This document shows positions 51,246 through 59,914 of a DNA stretch of 64,000 nt, piece after piece (within the stretch, counting starts at the first letter, position 1; the number at the start of each line of letters is the position of its first letter). The DNA comes from a candidate division FCPU426 bacterium (GTDB taxonomy: Bacteria > Oederibacteriota > Muellerivitia > Muellerivitales > Muellerivitaceae), in assembly GCA_963847625.1 (NCBI GenBank), contig CAWKAR010000040.1, positions 1-64,000 on the forward strand, in the 5' to 3' direction. Made by a program: the position numbers and the translations under genes. Under the pieces are notes generated by a model. It saw only the letters and a program-made list of their open reading frames with translations, did no database searches and had not been told where the DNA came from.

Positions 51246-51941
51246 ATGATTAAATACATACCCGTGATATTGGCTGGCATGTTCCTGGTTCCATTCCTTT
51301 GTGCTGAATCCCTCCCCCCTCTGGAAAATGCGGAAAACTCTTCAACTACCAACTCCTTATCCCTTTCCAATCCGGCTATGGAAGAAACAAAAACGGCATT
51401 GGATTATTTTCCCGCCCAACCCGGTTCCAAGTGGATTTATGAGTATTTGGCTCCCAATCCCGGAGAGGCCGGAAAACCAATCCGGACCGTCGAATGCGTC
51501 AGTCAAACCGCTTCCGCCGACGGGTCCATCCGGGTGGTCATGGAAACGACGGATAGCGGACGCCAAGTCCGGGACCGTTATGTCTTGAAAAAAACATGGG
51601 TGGACCATTACGCGCGCGCCGACCGGACCTTCACCGGGGATTTTGTCTTCAAACTTCCGAAGTCCGGGAACTTGCCGGCCTGGTCCATCCAGGAAGAAAA
51701 CGGAACCCTCCACACATCCACCGCCAGTTTCGGCCAGGTCCAAGCCGGTTCCAATAACTTTTCCGATTGCGTTGTCGTGACGGAAAAGGTCCTCAAGGGT
51801 GAAAATACCCTGTTCACCGTAAACTATTATTACGCCAGGGGAATCGGCCTGGTCAGCATGCAGGTTTACTCCGTATCCGGCCTGCTCCTTCCCGAGCAGT
51901 CCTTTATTCTTTCCAGCGGTCCAACTGCCGCCTCCAATTGA
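51246..51941 (+). CDS. Secreted hypothetical protein
   Basis: AAGGGAG RBS; signal peptide; YFP..PGSKWIY, V.AG..FSDCVVV and YYARGIGLV pattern typical of small all-beta exported proteins. Confidence 0.75.
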   Translation: MIKYIPVILAGMFLVPFLCAESLPPLENAENSSTTNSLSLSNPAMEETKTALDYFPAQPGSKWIYEYLAPNPGEAGKPIRTVECVSQTASADGSIRVVMETTDSGRQVRDRYVLKKTWVDHYARADRTFTGDFVFKLPKSGNLPAWSIQEENGTLHTSTASFGQVQAGSNNFSDCVVVTEKVLKGENTLFTVNYYYARGIGLVSMQVYSVSGLLLPEQSFILSSGPTAASN

Positions 51942-51991
51942 ACCTTTCTTAAAATCCCAGGAGGGCCCGGCATGAACGGGGCCTTTCGGCC

Positions 51992-54775
51992 TTAGAATGA
52001 CGGCTTATCCGGATGCTGCGCGAATCTTTCCATCCGGTTCAAAGGCGGCATCCCTGGGGCTTGCCGCCAGGCCCCATTTTCCAAAGGCATATCCCCATAG
52101 CCGCCCAGGAGAAGGGAGAGGTTGAAGTATAAAAAACCTTCCAGGCTGTCGGCGCCTTCACGGGTATGGGAATACCTCAGGCCCAGGTCCGCGGGAATAC
52201 CGGTGAAGGCGCAGGTTAGTTTCGTTTCCAGGTGCAATTCAACCCCGAAGGACCATTGGGACCGGCTCCAATCGTCCCACGCCTCATCGGAAAAAGCGTC
52301 AAGAACCAAATCCTCGAAATAAAAGCTGGGGTTCCAAAGTCCCGCGTGGATATCGAGGACCGGGATGGAATAATCCGCCGATGCCGCCATACCCTTCAAA
52401 CCGCCCAAAGCGTTTCCGTACCCGCGCAAGGTGGGAAAAACCGTATCGTGATTTTGGGGGTCATCGATACCCACCCACCCTATCCCCAACTCACTGTGGG
52501 GCAGGTATTGCGTGAAGGAAAGGTAGGCATAAGCGCCCGTTCGGTTCCGGTAGGAGCCCCAACTCTCACGTTCCAAGGGGGCCGTGAGCAGGAGGCTCAT
52601 GCGGGTCGCGGGATATGAGAAATCCTCAAAGATAAAAGGATCCCACTCGCATTTGGTGAAGTCGCCGTTCAGATCCAGCCCCGCATCCATCCGGTCGAGC
52701 CCGGGGGAAATCCTCAAGACCAACGGATAGGCCGTCTGGAATAACAAATTCCGGCCGTTGATTTCCGTATATTCCACCGCCGAAACCCAAGGAGAGAAAA
52801 ACAAGTTGCTGACGGCCAAGTCGATTTCAGCGTGATTTCCCCTGAAATCATAAGCGGGCAGGACAGTGTAGGCGAACTGGTAGAGGGCGTCGGTCCCGAC
52901 CAGGCCCAGGCCGATCCAGGAACGGTCCGGGGCAAACTCCCCCAAGGGAAAATGGAACGCTTGGGGGGCCATCCAGCCTAAATTATCGGCATAACCGCCT
53001 TCTTTCACGTCCGCCCGGTCGAGTTCAAAAGCCGGTTCCAAAGAGCTCTTGGCCGGGGTCAGCCGGTAGGATTCGGATTTGGGTTGGACGCGGTAAAGGT
53101 CGTATCCGTAGGAGCTCAGGCCCGCGTAATAAAGTTGACGGCCGTCAGGTTCGTACGCAGGCCAAGCCGCAAAGCCGCCGGACGTCAATCGCGACAGCCT
53201 CCGGGATGAAAAATCATATCGATAGATGGCGTAATGCTTGTTGAAATTCGCGTTGAAATAGACGCAGTTTCCCTCCAATTGGGGGTTTCTTTCCAAAAAA
53301 GCGCTGGGAAGAATGGGGTCCAGGGTTCCCTTTTTCAAGTCCAGCCGGTAAAGGTTATATTGTCCGTATTCCTTCTTAGCCGTCGCGACCGTCCGTTTTT
53401 CACCCACCCGTATTTCATCCACCAGGAAATCTAAATGGAAGAGCAATTTTCTTTCCCCGGTGGAAGGGTCCAGGGAAAAAAGGTCTGATCCGAAACTATC
53501 CCGGCGGTCCTTGGTATATAAAATCCGGCCGTCGGGCAGGGCCTCGAAGGCCCTGAAAGTGTCTTCCATCAAAACCTTGTCCCCGCCTGTCGCCAGGTTT
53601 TTTTCATGGAGCGAAAGGTCATAACCATAATTCAAGGTATTGGCAAAACCCTCCCTGACTTCGTATAGGGAATAATAAAGTTTGCCGCCCCGCGCCCTCA
53701 TGGAAGGGCCCAGGGTGGAAGTGGAAACGAGTTTCCTTTCCTTCCCGGAATCCAGGTCCCTTTCGATGATTTCATAAAAGGTAAACCCATCGAAAAACCC
53801 GGTTTTGACCCTGTAGGCGATTTTATAAAAAAGCTTTCCTCCGGAAATTTGCAGGCCGTCCATGGTCCAACCCCGGCGGGTGAGCTGTTCCCCGTCCTCC
53901 CGGAAATCCTCCGCCTGCGCGTTTAGGGATTTCCTCCAGTCCTGCCAAAGTTCCGGAATCGTTTTGCCTCCGAAAGCCTTTTCCGCCGCCGGATCCAGGG
54001 AAAGGCAGGGAAATACCGGGGAAAGGTAGGAAAGAAGGTTTCCCCCGTAACTCGAGTAAAACCCGGAAAACTTTTCCTCCCCGTAGGTCAGGGCCAGGTA
54101 CTTGTGGAACCCGCCGCCCGCCTCGTAAACCACGTCATCCGGGTACTCCAGGGGAGTGTAAGTGGCCTTCATCAGCGAAGGAAACCGGTTTTCCCTGGCG
54201 GAGGCCAGGAGATAGGTGTCGAAAAAACCGTCGTTCAACCGGCCGCTGTAGGGGCTGGGCCGCGACTCGCTGTAAACCGCGAATCCCTCGTCGATCCAAT
54301 CGGGCAATTCCAGGTTCGGGTCGGCGGAATTTCCCACCCACCGGGTGATCAAGCCTGGCAGGCCCGAAACATGATTCAGGTGACACATATGGGTGTATTC
54401 ATGCACGCCCACATCCATCCACCAATTTTCGGCCGGCAGTTCCAATGAGGAAGAGGGGTATGTGAATAATTGGATGATCCGGTCGACGGGGTCGGTAAGC
54501 CCATTGGAATAGGTTCCCATATCCTGGATCACGACCGCGGTGAAGGGTGGGGTACTGTTCCCCGTCAGCTTTTCCACCGATGGCTTGAAATGTTCCAGGA
54601 CCTGGAGGGCTTTCCAAGCCTGGATCTCATAGCCTGGCTTGTAAAAAACAATGAAATGGCCGGTTTTAAGGGTCTTCCAATCCCAGCCGGACCGCGCCGC
54701 TCCAGGGGCCAGGAGAACAACAGCCATGGAAAGGAAGAACAACCAAAAGGTAAAACCGGGGCAACGGTATTTCAT
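51992..54775 (-). CDS. Exported 927-aa protein: gluzincin-like peptidase + beta-propeller-like repeats + probable C-terminal beta-barrel
   Basis: True start ATG 54775 (ATGA overlap with the RNB stop); signal peptide, WKTLKTGHFIVFY, VHEYTH...WIDEGFAVYSE, TolB-like repeats (LTSGGFAAWPAYEPDGRQLYY), amphipathic strands with LRGY. Confidence 0.75.
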   Translation of the reverse strand: MKYRCPGFTFWLFFLSMAVVLLAPGAARSGWDWKTLKTGHFIVFYKPGYEIQAWKALQVLEHFKPSVEKLTGNSTPPFTAVVIQDMGTYSNGLTDPVDRIIQLFTYPSSSLELPAENWWMDVGVHEYTHMCHLNHVSGLPGLITRWVGNSADPNLELPDWIDEGFAVYSESRPSPYSGRLNDGFFDTYLLASARENRFPSLMKATYTPLEYPDDVVYEAGGGFHKYLALTYGEEKFSGFYSSYGGNLLSYLSPVFPCLSLDPAAEKAFGGKTIPELWQDWRKSLNAQAEDFREDGEQLTRRGWTMDGLQISGGKLFYKIAYRVKTGFFDGFTFYEIIERDLDSGKERKLVSTSTLGPSMRARGGKLYYSLYEVREGFANTLNYGYDLSLHEKNLATGGDKVLMEDTFRAFEALPDGRILYTKDRRDSFGSDLFSLDPSTGERKLLFHLDFLVDEIRVGEKRTVATAKKEYGQYNLYRLDLKKGTLDPILPSAFLERNPQLEGNCVYFNANFNKHYAIYRYDFSSRRLSRLTSGGFAAWPAYEPDGRQLYYAGLSSYGYDLYRVQPKSESYRLTPAKSSLEPAFELDRADVKEGGYADNLGWMAPQAFHFPLGEFAPDRSWIGLGLVGTDALYQFAYTVLPAYDFRGNHAEIDLAVSNLFFSPWVSAVEYTEINGRNLLFQTAYPLVLRISPGLDRMDAGLDLNGDFTKCEWDPFIFEDFSYPATRMSLLLTAPLERESWGSYRNRTGAYAYLSFTQYLPHSELGIGWVGIDDPQNHDTVFPTLRGYGNALGGLKGMAASADYSIPVLDIHAGLWNPSFYFEDLVLDAFSDEAWDDWSRSQWSFGVELHLETKLTCAFTGIPADLGLRYSHTREGADSLEGFLYFNLSLLLGGYGDMPLENGAWRQAPGMPPLNRMERFAQHPDKPSF

Positions 54776-56247
54776 TTTCCGGAAACAACCGCGAAGTCGA
54801 TCCATCCCTTCTCGACGTTGACGCTGATGAGTTTCACATTCACCCGGTCCCCCACGTCCAAGCCCTTGGCTCCCTGGGCCAGGTACCCCTCCACGAGGGG
54901 ATGAAGGAGCCTCACCCAGGTCCCCTTTCCGGATGCCCCCGTGACGATAGCCTCGAAACGCTCCCCGATACGTTTTGAAAGGAAGGATGCGCTCGCGGAT
55001 TTCCTGATCCTCCGTTCCACCTTGTCCGCCGCGTTTTCCTGCTGGGTGCAGTGGCTCGCCAGGAAGGTTAATTCCTCCGGGCTGTAGGGCGGCGCCTTTT
55101 TCCCCAACGCCGCCTTCAACAGCCGTTGGGTGACCAGGTCCGGGTACCTGCGGTTGGGGGCTGTCGAATGGTTGTAGTCGCTCACGGCCAGCCCGAAATG
55201 ACCCGGGGGGGCTTCCCCCGGCTTCTCCATCACGTATTCTCCCCGCCCCAGAAGCTTGACGACGGTGAGCGAAAGGTCCGGGAAACGGAGGGGGTCCTTC
55301 GTTTTCTGGTTGGCAAGGAACCCGCTCAAGGCCTTGGAATCCGGTTCGCCCGGTAGTTTCTCCCCCAGGCCCGCGGCAACCTCCACGATCCGGTCCCAAC
55401 GCTCCGGAACCTTCACCACCCGGCGGAGGGTCGGGAACCCGTTTTGGTCCAGGAACCTCGCGGTGGCCCCGTTGGCCGCGACCATGAAATCCTCTATCAG
55501 CTCCCCCGCGCGGTTCTGTTTTTCCTGCTTCAAGTCCACCACCACCCCATCCTGGGTGACAGGCCTGGCCTGAATGGTGGAGAGTTCCAGGGCCCCTTGC
55601 TCGTGCCGCAGGGTCCTCAAACGTTGCGCGGCCGTGTCTTGGATCCGGAGTTGACGGTCCATCCCGGTAACCCGCGCGGCGGCCTCCGGCAAGGCTCCTT
55701 TTCCTTCCAGCCAATCCCCTACCCCATGGTAGGCCAGCTTCGCCTGGTTTCTCACCCGGGCGCGGTAGACTTGGAAGGCACCCACCCGTCCGTCCTGGTC
55801 CATGTCCATTTCTACTACCAAAGCAAGCCTATCCGCGTTTTCCGAAAGCGAGGTCAAATCGGTGGAGAGCTTCTCGGGAAGCATCGGGAAGGTCCGGATT
55901 CCGGTATAAACCGAGGTGGTATTTACTTGCGCGTCGAGGTCTAAAGGGGACTTAAGCGGAACCAAGGCGTCCACGTCGGCGATCGCCACCCAGATACGGG
56001 TTTTTCCCCCGCCCAAATCATCGGCCACCGTGATTTGGTCCAGGTCCCGGGAATCGTCGTTGTCGATGGAACACCACAAAAGGCCGGTCATGTCCTTCAG
56101 GTCATGTTGCGGGTCCGCCGCTGGCCGTTGGATATCGTTTAATTGTCCCAGTGCCTCGACTGAAAATTCGGCTTTTAAGCCGTACTCGGCCATGGCCGTT
56201 TCCGCGATCCACTCCAGGAAGCTTTTCTTGTTGTTGTTGATTTCCAT
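54772..56247 (-). CDS. RNB-domain exoribonuclease (RNase II/R family) with C-terminal S1-like domain
   Basis: SIDNDDSRDLDQ, VAIADV, TSVY, PMLPEKLS, LIEDFMVAAN, HFGLA...HSTAPNRRYPDL. Confidence 0.9.
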   Translation of the reverse strand: MEINNNKKSFLEWIAETAMAEYGLKAEFSVEALGQLNDIQRPAADPQHDLKDMTGLLWCSIDNDDSRDLDQITVADDLGGGKTRIWVAIADVDALVPLKSPLDLDAQVNTTSVYTGIRTFPMLPEKLSTDLTSLSENADRLALVVEMDMDQDGRVGAFQVYRARVRNQAKLAYHGVGDWLEGKGALPEAAARVTGMDRQLRIQDTAAQRLRTLRHEQGALELSTIQARPVTQDGVVVDLKQEKQNRAGELIEDFMVAANGATARFLDQNGFPTLRRVVKVPERWDRIVEVAAGLGEKLPGEPDSKALSGFLANQKTKDPLRFPDLSLTVVKLLGRGEYVMEKPGEAPPGHFGLAVSDYNHSTAPNRRYPDLVTQRLLKAALGKKAPPYSPEELTFLASHCTQQENAADKVERRIRKSASASFLSKRIGERFEAIVTGASGKGTWVRLLHPLVEGYLAQGAKGLDVGDRVNVKLISVNVEKGWIDFAVVSGK

Positions 56248-56398
56248 TTTTTAATTCCTTTTCCGCTCCAGGTATCGTCCCTTAAACATTCTAATTAATC
56301 TTCGGCCTCAATAATTTAAAATTGTCGCTCGGTCCCCACCATCGGGTTATCATCAGGGGAGATGGTTAAAACCCGGGTTTCGGGGCGGGAGGCGCGGC

Positions 56399-56638
56399 AT
56401 GGACGAAATGGTTTGCCTGCACTGCGGGAAGGAAATGGATTACGAATGGGCCCCTTGCCCCCATTGCGGTTGGAAGCCGCCCGAGGAGTGGGAGATTTCC
56501 CAAGAGGAATCCGAAGAGAATCTTTCCTCTCCGCGTTTCTTGTCCAGTCCCCGTAAATGGATCCGTCTCACGGCATGGATCGTCCTGGCGGCCGCTCTGT
56601 GTGGTTTGTTTATCTACCTAAGCCGTTTTTTCCATTAA
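56399..56638 (+). CDS. Small zinc-ribbon membrane protein
   Basis: CLHCG...CPHCG, C-terminal TM, GGAGG RBS. Confidence 0.7.
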   Translation: MDEMVCLHCGKEMDYEWAPCPHCGWKPPEEWEISQEESEENLSSPRFLSSPRKWIRLTAWIVLAAALCGLFIYLSRFFH

Positions 56639-56738
56639 AAAAACTGATTTAAATCCCAGCGCCTAGCCATTGAGCTGGTCCCTTCTGAGTTTAGTTGTTT
56701 CAAGCCGGCAAGACAGGCCGGCGTTTCCCAACGGGGAA

Positions 56739-57179
56739 TCACTTTAATTGGAATTGATCCACCCATGTTCCAAAGGAAGTGGAAATGACGAGGTAGTAGG
56801 GGCCGGGAGGGAGAGGCATTCCATGTTTACTGAGGAAATTCGCCGGCAGGGTGAATTCCGAACCCGGATTCAACTTGGCCGCTAAAAAGCTGATGAGTTC
56901 GTTGTAAGACGAATCGTAAATTTGAAGCCGCAAGTCCGAGGGGGCGGGGTAAACCGGCGGCCGGATATTCTCCGGCTGGGTCCTGTCCCAGGGATTGGGA
57001 AAAGCCATTTGGATGATGGGCGTCAGCTTGAAGGCGGGCGTGTTGGTGGGCTGGGGGGAATTGCCTTCGCTTTTTTGGCCGCTCCCGCCGCCGCAGGATG
57101 GAAGGAATACCATTCCCAGCACCAACGGGGCTAATATTGAGGAGAGAGAAATTATTTTTTTCCGGCCGGTCGATTCCAT
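56739..57179 (-). CDS. Lipoprotein with a FlgD-Ig/T9SS-CTD-like domain
   Basis: Lipobox-like LPSC-GGG, linker PQPTNTP, AFPNP...LQIYD...LPPGPYYLVI. Confidence 0.65.
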   Translation of the reverse strand: MESTGRKKIISLSSILAPLVLGMVFLPSCGGGSGQKSEGNSPQPTNTPAFKLTPIIQMAFPNPWDRTQPENIRPPVYPAPSDLRLQIYDSSYNELISFLAAKLNPGSEFTLPANFLSKHGMPLPPGPYYLVISTSFGTWVDQFQLK

Positions 57180-57455
57180 GCGCGTCCTTAAAAAGATAAA
57201 ACTCCAGCTTGGAGGTTCTCAATTGTAACTCCCGGAAAGAATATCACCCCTTTGTTTCCAACCCAGGAAAAAATGAACTGGCCGCTGAACAGCATGATTT
57301 CACCATTGCTGGCATGGGAAATAACAGCTTAATTCCATGCCTTGGATGCGCCATAAGAAAGACCGGGGTCAAACCATAAAAGTCCCATTTGGGGGTTTTT
57401 AGGCCGGGAATAATTGGACTATCATGTAAGGAACTTTACGGGAGGATGACCGGCT

Positions 57456-59609
57456 TTGTCGAAAAAGAAAAGGAAAGATTTTATCCAGCGGAATTTACCG
57501 GCGCCGGCGGGTCTACCCACCCCGGTCCATCCTGGCCAGCCTTCCCCCGCTATTGCCCCGGCGGAATGGAGGCCCGCGGAACCCGTCCAACCGCCCAGGC
57601 TCCCCCAAGATAACCCGCCCCTCCCCCTTTACTGGGCATGTGCCGCCTTCCTGGTCCTGGCCGTTTTAATGTTTTACCTTCCCGTTCTCAATAATGACTT
57701 CGTTAACTGGGATGACCGGGATACGATCCTGGAGAACATTCACATCCACTTCATGAATTCCAGTTCGTTCCTTTGGATGTTCACCACCTTCCATTCCAGC
57801 AACTGGCTGCCCCTCACCTGGCTTTCCTTCGCGCTCAATTACAGGATGTCAGGTCCGAACCCGGCGGCCTTTCACATGACCAATCTCCTGCTCCACGCGG
57901 TGAACACCGTTTGGGTTTTTATCCTTTGTTTAAAAGTCCTGGCCTTGGCGGAAAGATATCCACGGGGAACAGGGGTTAATCCGGGCCCCGGGATACCGCG
58001 AATCCCCGCGGCCCTCATCACCGCCATCTTGTTCGGGCTCCACCCCATTCACGTGGAATCGGTGGCCTGGGCCACCGAGCGGAAGGATGTCCTCTATGCT
58101 TTCTTCTACCTGCCGGCCGTTTATATTTACCTGGAATACGCTTCATCACCCGCTCGGAAACCCCTCAAGTTGTACTCTTGCCTGGGTTTGTTCCTCTTGT
58201 CCTTGATGTCCAAACCCATGGCGGTCAGTCTGCCTTTCGTCTTTCTGGTTTTGGACGCCTGGCCGCTGGGACGCTGGGCCAGGGAGTGGTCCGTGATTTT
58301 CAAGGAGAAATTAGCCTTCTTCGCCCTGGCCGCGGTGGGAGGTTTTCTTTCCCTTTTCGCCCACGCGCATTTCATTTCACCCGCCGTGAATTTGAACGAA
58401 ATCCCCAAGATCCTGAATGCCTTCCGTTCCCTGATCTTCTACTTGTGGAAAATGCTGGTTCCGGCGGACTTATTGCCCATGTATCCCTTCCCCCATCAAC
58501 CGGATGCCCTCTACCACTTGTTAAACGTCCTGGCCTTGCTGGCAGTGGCCCTGGTTTCCTGGGCTTGCGTGCGTTACCGGCAAAAGGCGCCCTACCTGGG
58601 TGCGGCCTGGCTTTATTACCTCGTGACTTTGGCGCCGGTGGTGGGGGTGATCCAGGTCGGTTACCAGGCGGCCGCGGACCGGTACACCTATCTTCCCAGC
58701 CTGGGCCTCTTCCTTCCCCTGGCCGCCTTCGTTGCCGCCCGGCTTTCCAACCGAAAGATGGCTTTGGTCCTGGTATGCCTGGTATTGACTGCCGGGTATG
58801 GCTTCGCGACGGTGCGGCAAACCGCCCTATGGAAAAATTCGCAAACCCTGTGGGAAAGCGTCACCCATGTTTATCCGGACGATTCCCAAATCGCCCATTC
58901 CTACCTCGGCGGGTATTTTATGGAAACGGGGCGGATGGACGACGCCCTGAAGGAATACCAAAAAGCCATGACGATCCCTCCCATTTACACCGCGACCCAC
59001 AACGGATACGCCTCGGTGCTTCTTTACAAGGGGGATATCAACCAGGCCGTGGAGGAATTCGAGGCCGCCGTCGCTTCGGACCCCCTATACCGGCCCGCGC
59101 GCATGAACCTTTGGTCCATTTACGAGCATAAGGGGATGCATGAGGCGGCGGCGCAGGAAATGCGGGCGGCCATCGCGAGCGACCCGGAGGAGCCGGAAGC
59201 CTACAGCCGGTTGGGCGTGAGTTGCGGCTTCTTGAAACGCCTTCCCGAGGCGGAGGCGGCCTTCCGAAAGGCCTTGTCCCTGGAGCCGGCCAATCCCCAA
59301 AACCTGGTCAATCTGGCGACCGTCCTGCAGTGGGAAGGCCACCCGGACCAATCCTTGTTTCTTTACCAAAACGCAACCCGTGCGAATCCGAACATCCCGG
59401 TTTTTTACCTGAAAATGGCGGATCTATACCTGGCCCAGGGATTGAAATCCCAAGCCCTTCCGATGTTGAATCAAGCGTTGGGATTGAACCCGGTGAGCCC
59501 CCGGGTGGTGCGGGAAATCGGGGAGGACTATCAAAGTGCCGGCCAAAAGCAACTGGCCCAGCAATGTTTCAAAAGGGCCCATACGCTCGAAGGGAGCAGC
59601 CCAAAGTAA
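57456..59609 (+). CDS. TMTC-like GT-C membrane protein with C-terminal TPR array
   Basis: TTG start after GGAGGA; LNNDFVNWDD, NWLPLTWLS, FHMTNLLLH, LHPIHVESVAWATERKDVL, LMSKP, ADRYTYLPS, QTALWKNSQTLW, multiple TPRs. Confidence 0.85.
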   Translation: MSKKKRKDFIQRNLPAPAGLPTPVHPGQPSPAIAPAEWRPAEPVQPPRLPQDNPPLPLYWACAAFLVLAVLMFYLPVLNNDFVNWDDRDTILENIHIHFMNSSSFLWMFTTFHSSNWLPLTWLSFALNYRMSGPNPAAFHMTNLLLHAVNTVWVFILCLKVLALAERYPRGTGVNPGPGIPRIPAALITAILFGLHPIHVESVAWATERKDVLYAFFYLPAVYIYLEYASSPARKPLKLYSCLGLFLLSLMSKPMAVSLPFVFLVLDAWPLGRWAREWSVIFKEKLAFFALAAVGGFLSLFAHAHFISPAVNLNEIPKILNAFRSLIFYLWKMLVPADLLPMYPFPHQPDALYHLLNVLALLAVALVSWACVRYRQKAPYLGAAWLYYLVTLAPVVGVIQVGYQAAADRYTYLPSLGLFLPLAAFVAARLSNRKMALVLVCLVLTAGYGFATVRQTALWKNSQTLWESVTHVYPDDSQIAHSYLGGYFMETGRMDDALKEYQKAMTIPPIYTATHNGYASVLLYKGDINQAVEEFEAAVASDPLYRPARMNLWSIYEHKGMHEAAAQEMRAAIASDPEEPEAYSRLGVSCGFLKRLPEAEAAFRKALSLEPANPQNLVNLATVLQWEGHPDQSLFLYQNATRANPNIPVFYLKMADLYLAQGLKSQALPMLNQALGLNPVSPRVVREIGEDYQSAGQKQLAQQCFKRAHTLEGSSPK

Positions 59610-59627
59610 TCAAGCTTAGGTCTTTGC

Positions 59628-59898
59628 TGTCATTGCGATGAATATCCCGCGAATAGCGGGATGCTTATGAAGAAGCAACCCCAGTTTAAATAAAGACTGA
59701 AACCATTAACTTCAAAACCACCCATATACTTGGGTTGTACTGGGGCCTGCGGCCCTAGCATGGTTGGCCGGAGGCCAACCACTTCAAGCCTACCGCATAG
59801 TTCGCGGTTCGCATGCCGACCTTCCATAAAGCATTTAAGGAGGTCGGTATAGTACCGATTTTCAAATAAGGCCTTATTGGCGAATCGGCACAATGACA
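59628..59898. repeat. Multi-hairpin palindromic intergenic element (REP/MITE-like or structured RNA)
   Basis: Ends TGTCATTG/CAATGACA; internal stems at 59644-59662, 59679-59685/59739-59745, 59761-59781, 59813-59850 and 59855-59888. Confidence 0.6.
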
Positions 59899-59914
59899 AT
59901 TTAATTAATTTTTA

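Noticed and set aside
54776..55714. N-terminal 313 aa of the 1240-aa ORF
   Set aside because: Overlaps the RNB gene in another frame; the signal peptide starts at ATG 54775.
59630..59899. 89-aa ORF, or tmRNA/tRNA, in the structured spacer
   Set aside because: The ORF coincides with the palindromic element and lacks motifs; no tRNA-like acceptor or T-arm ends.
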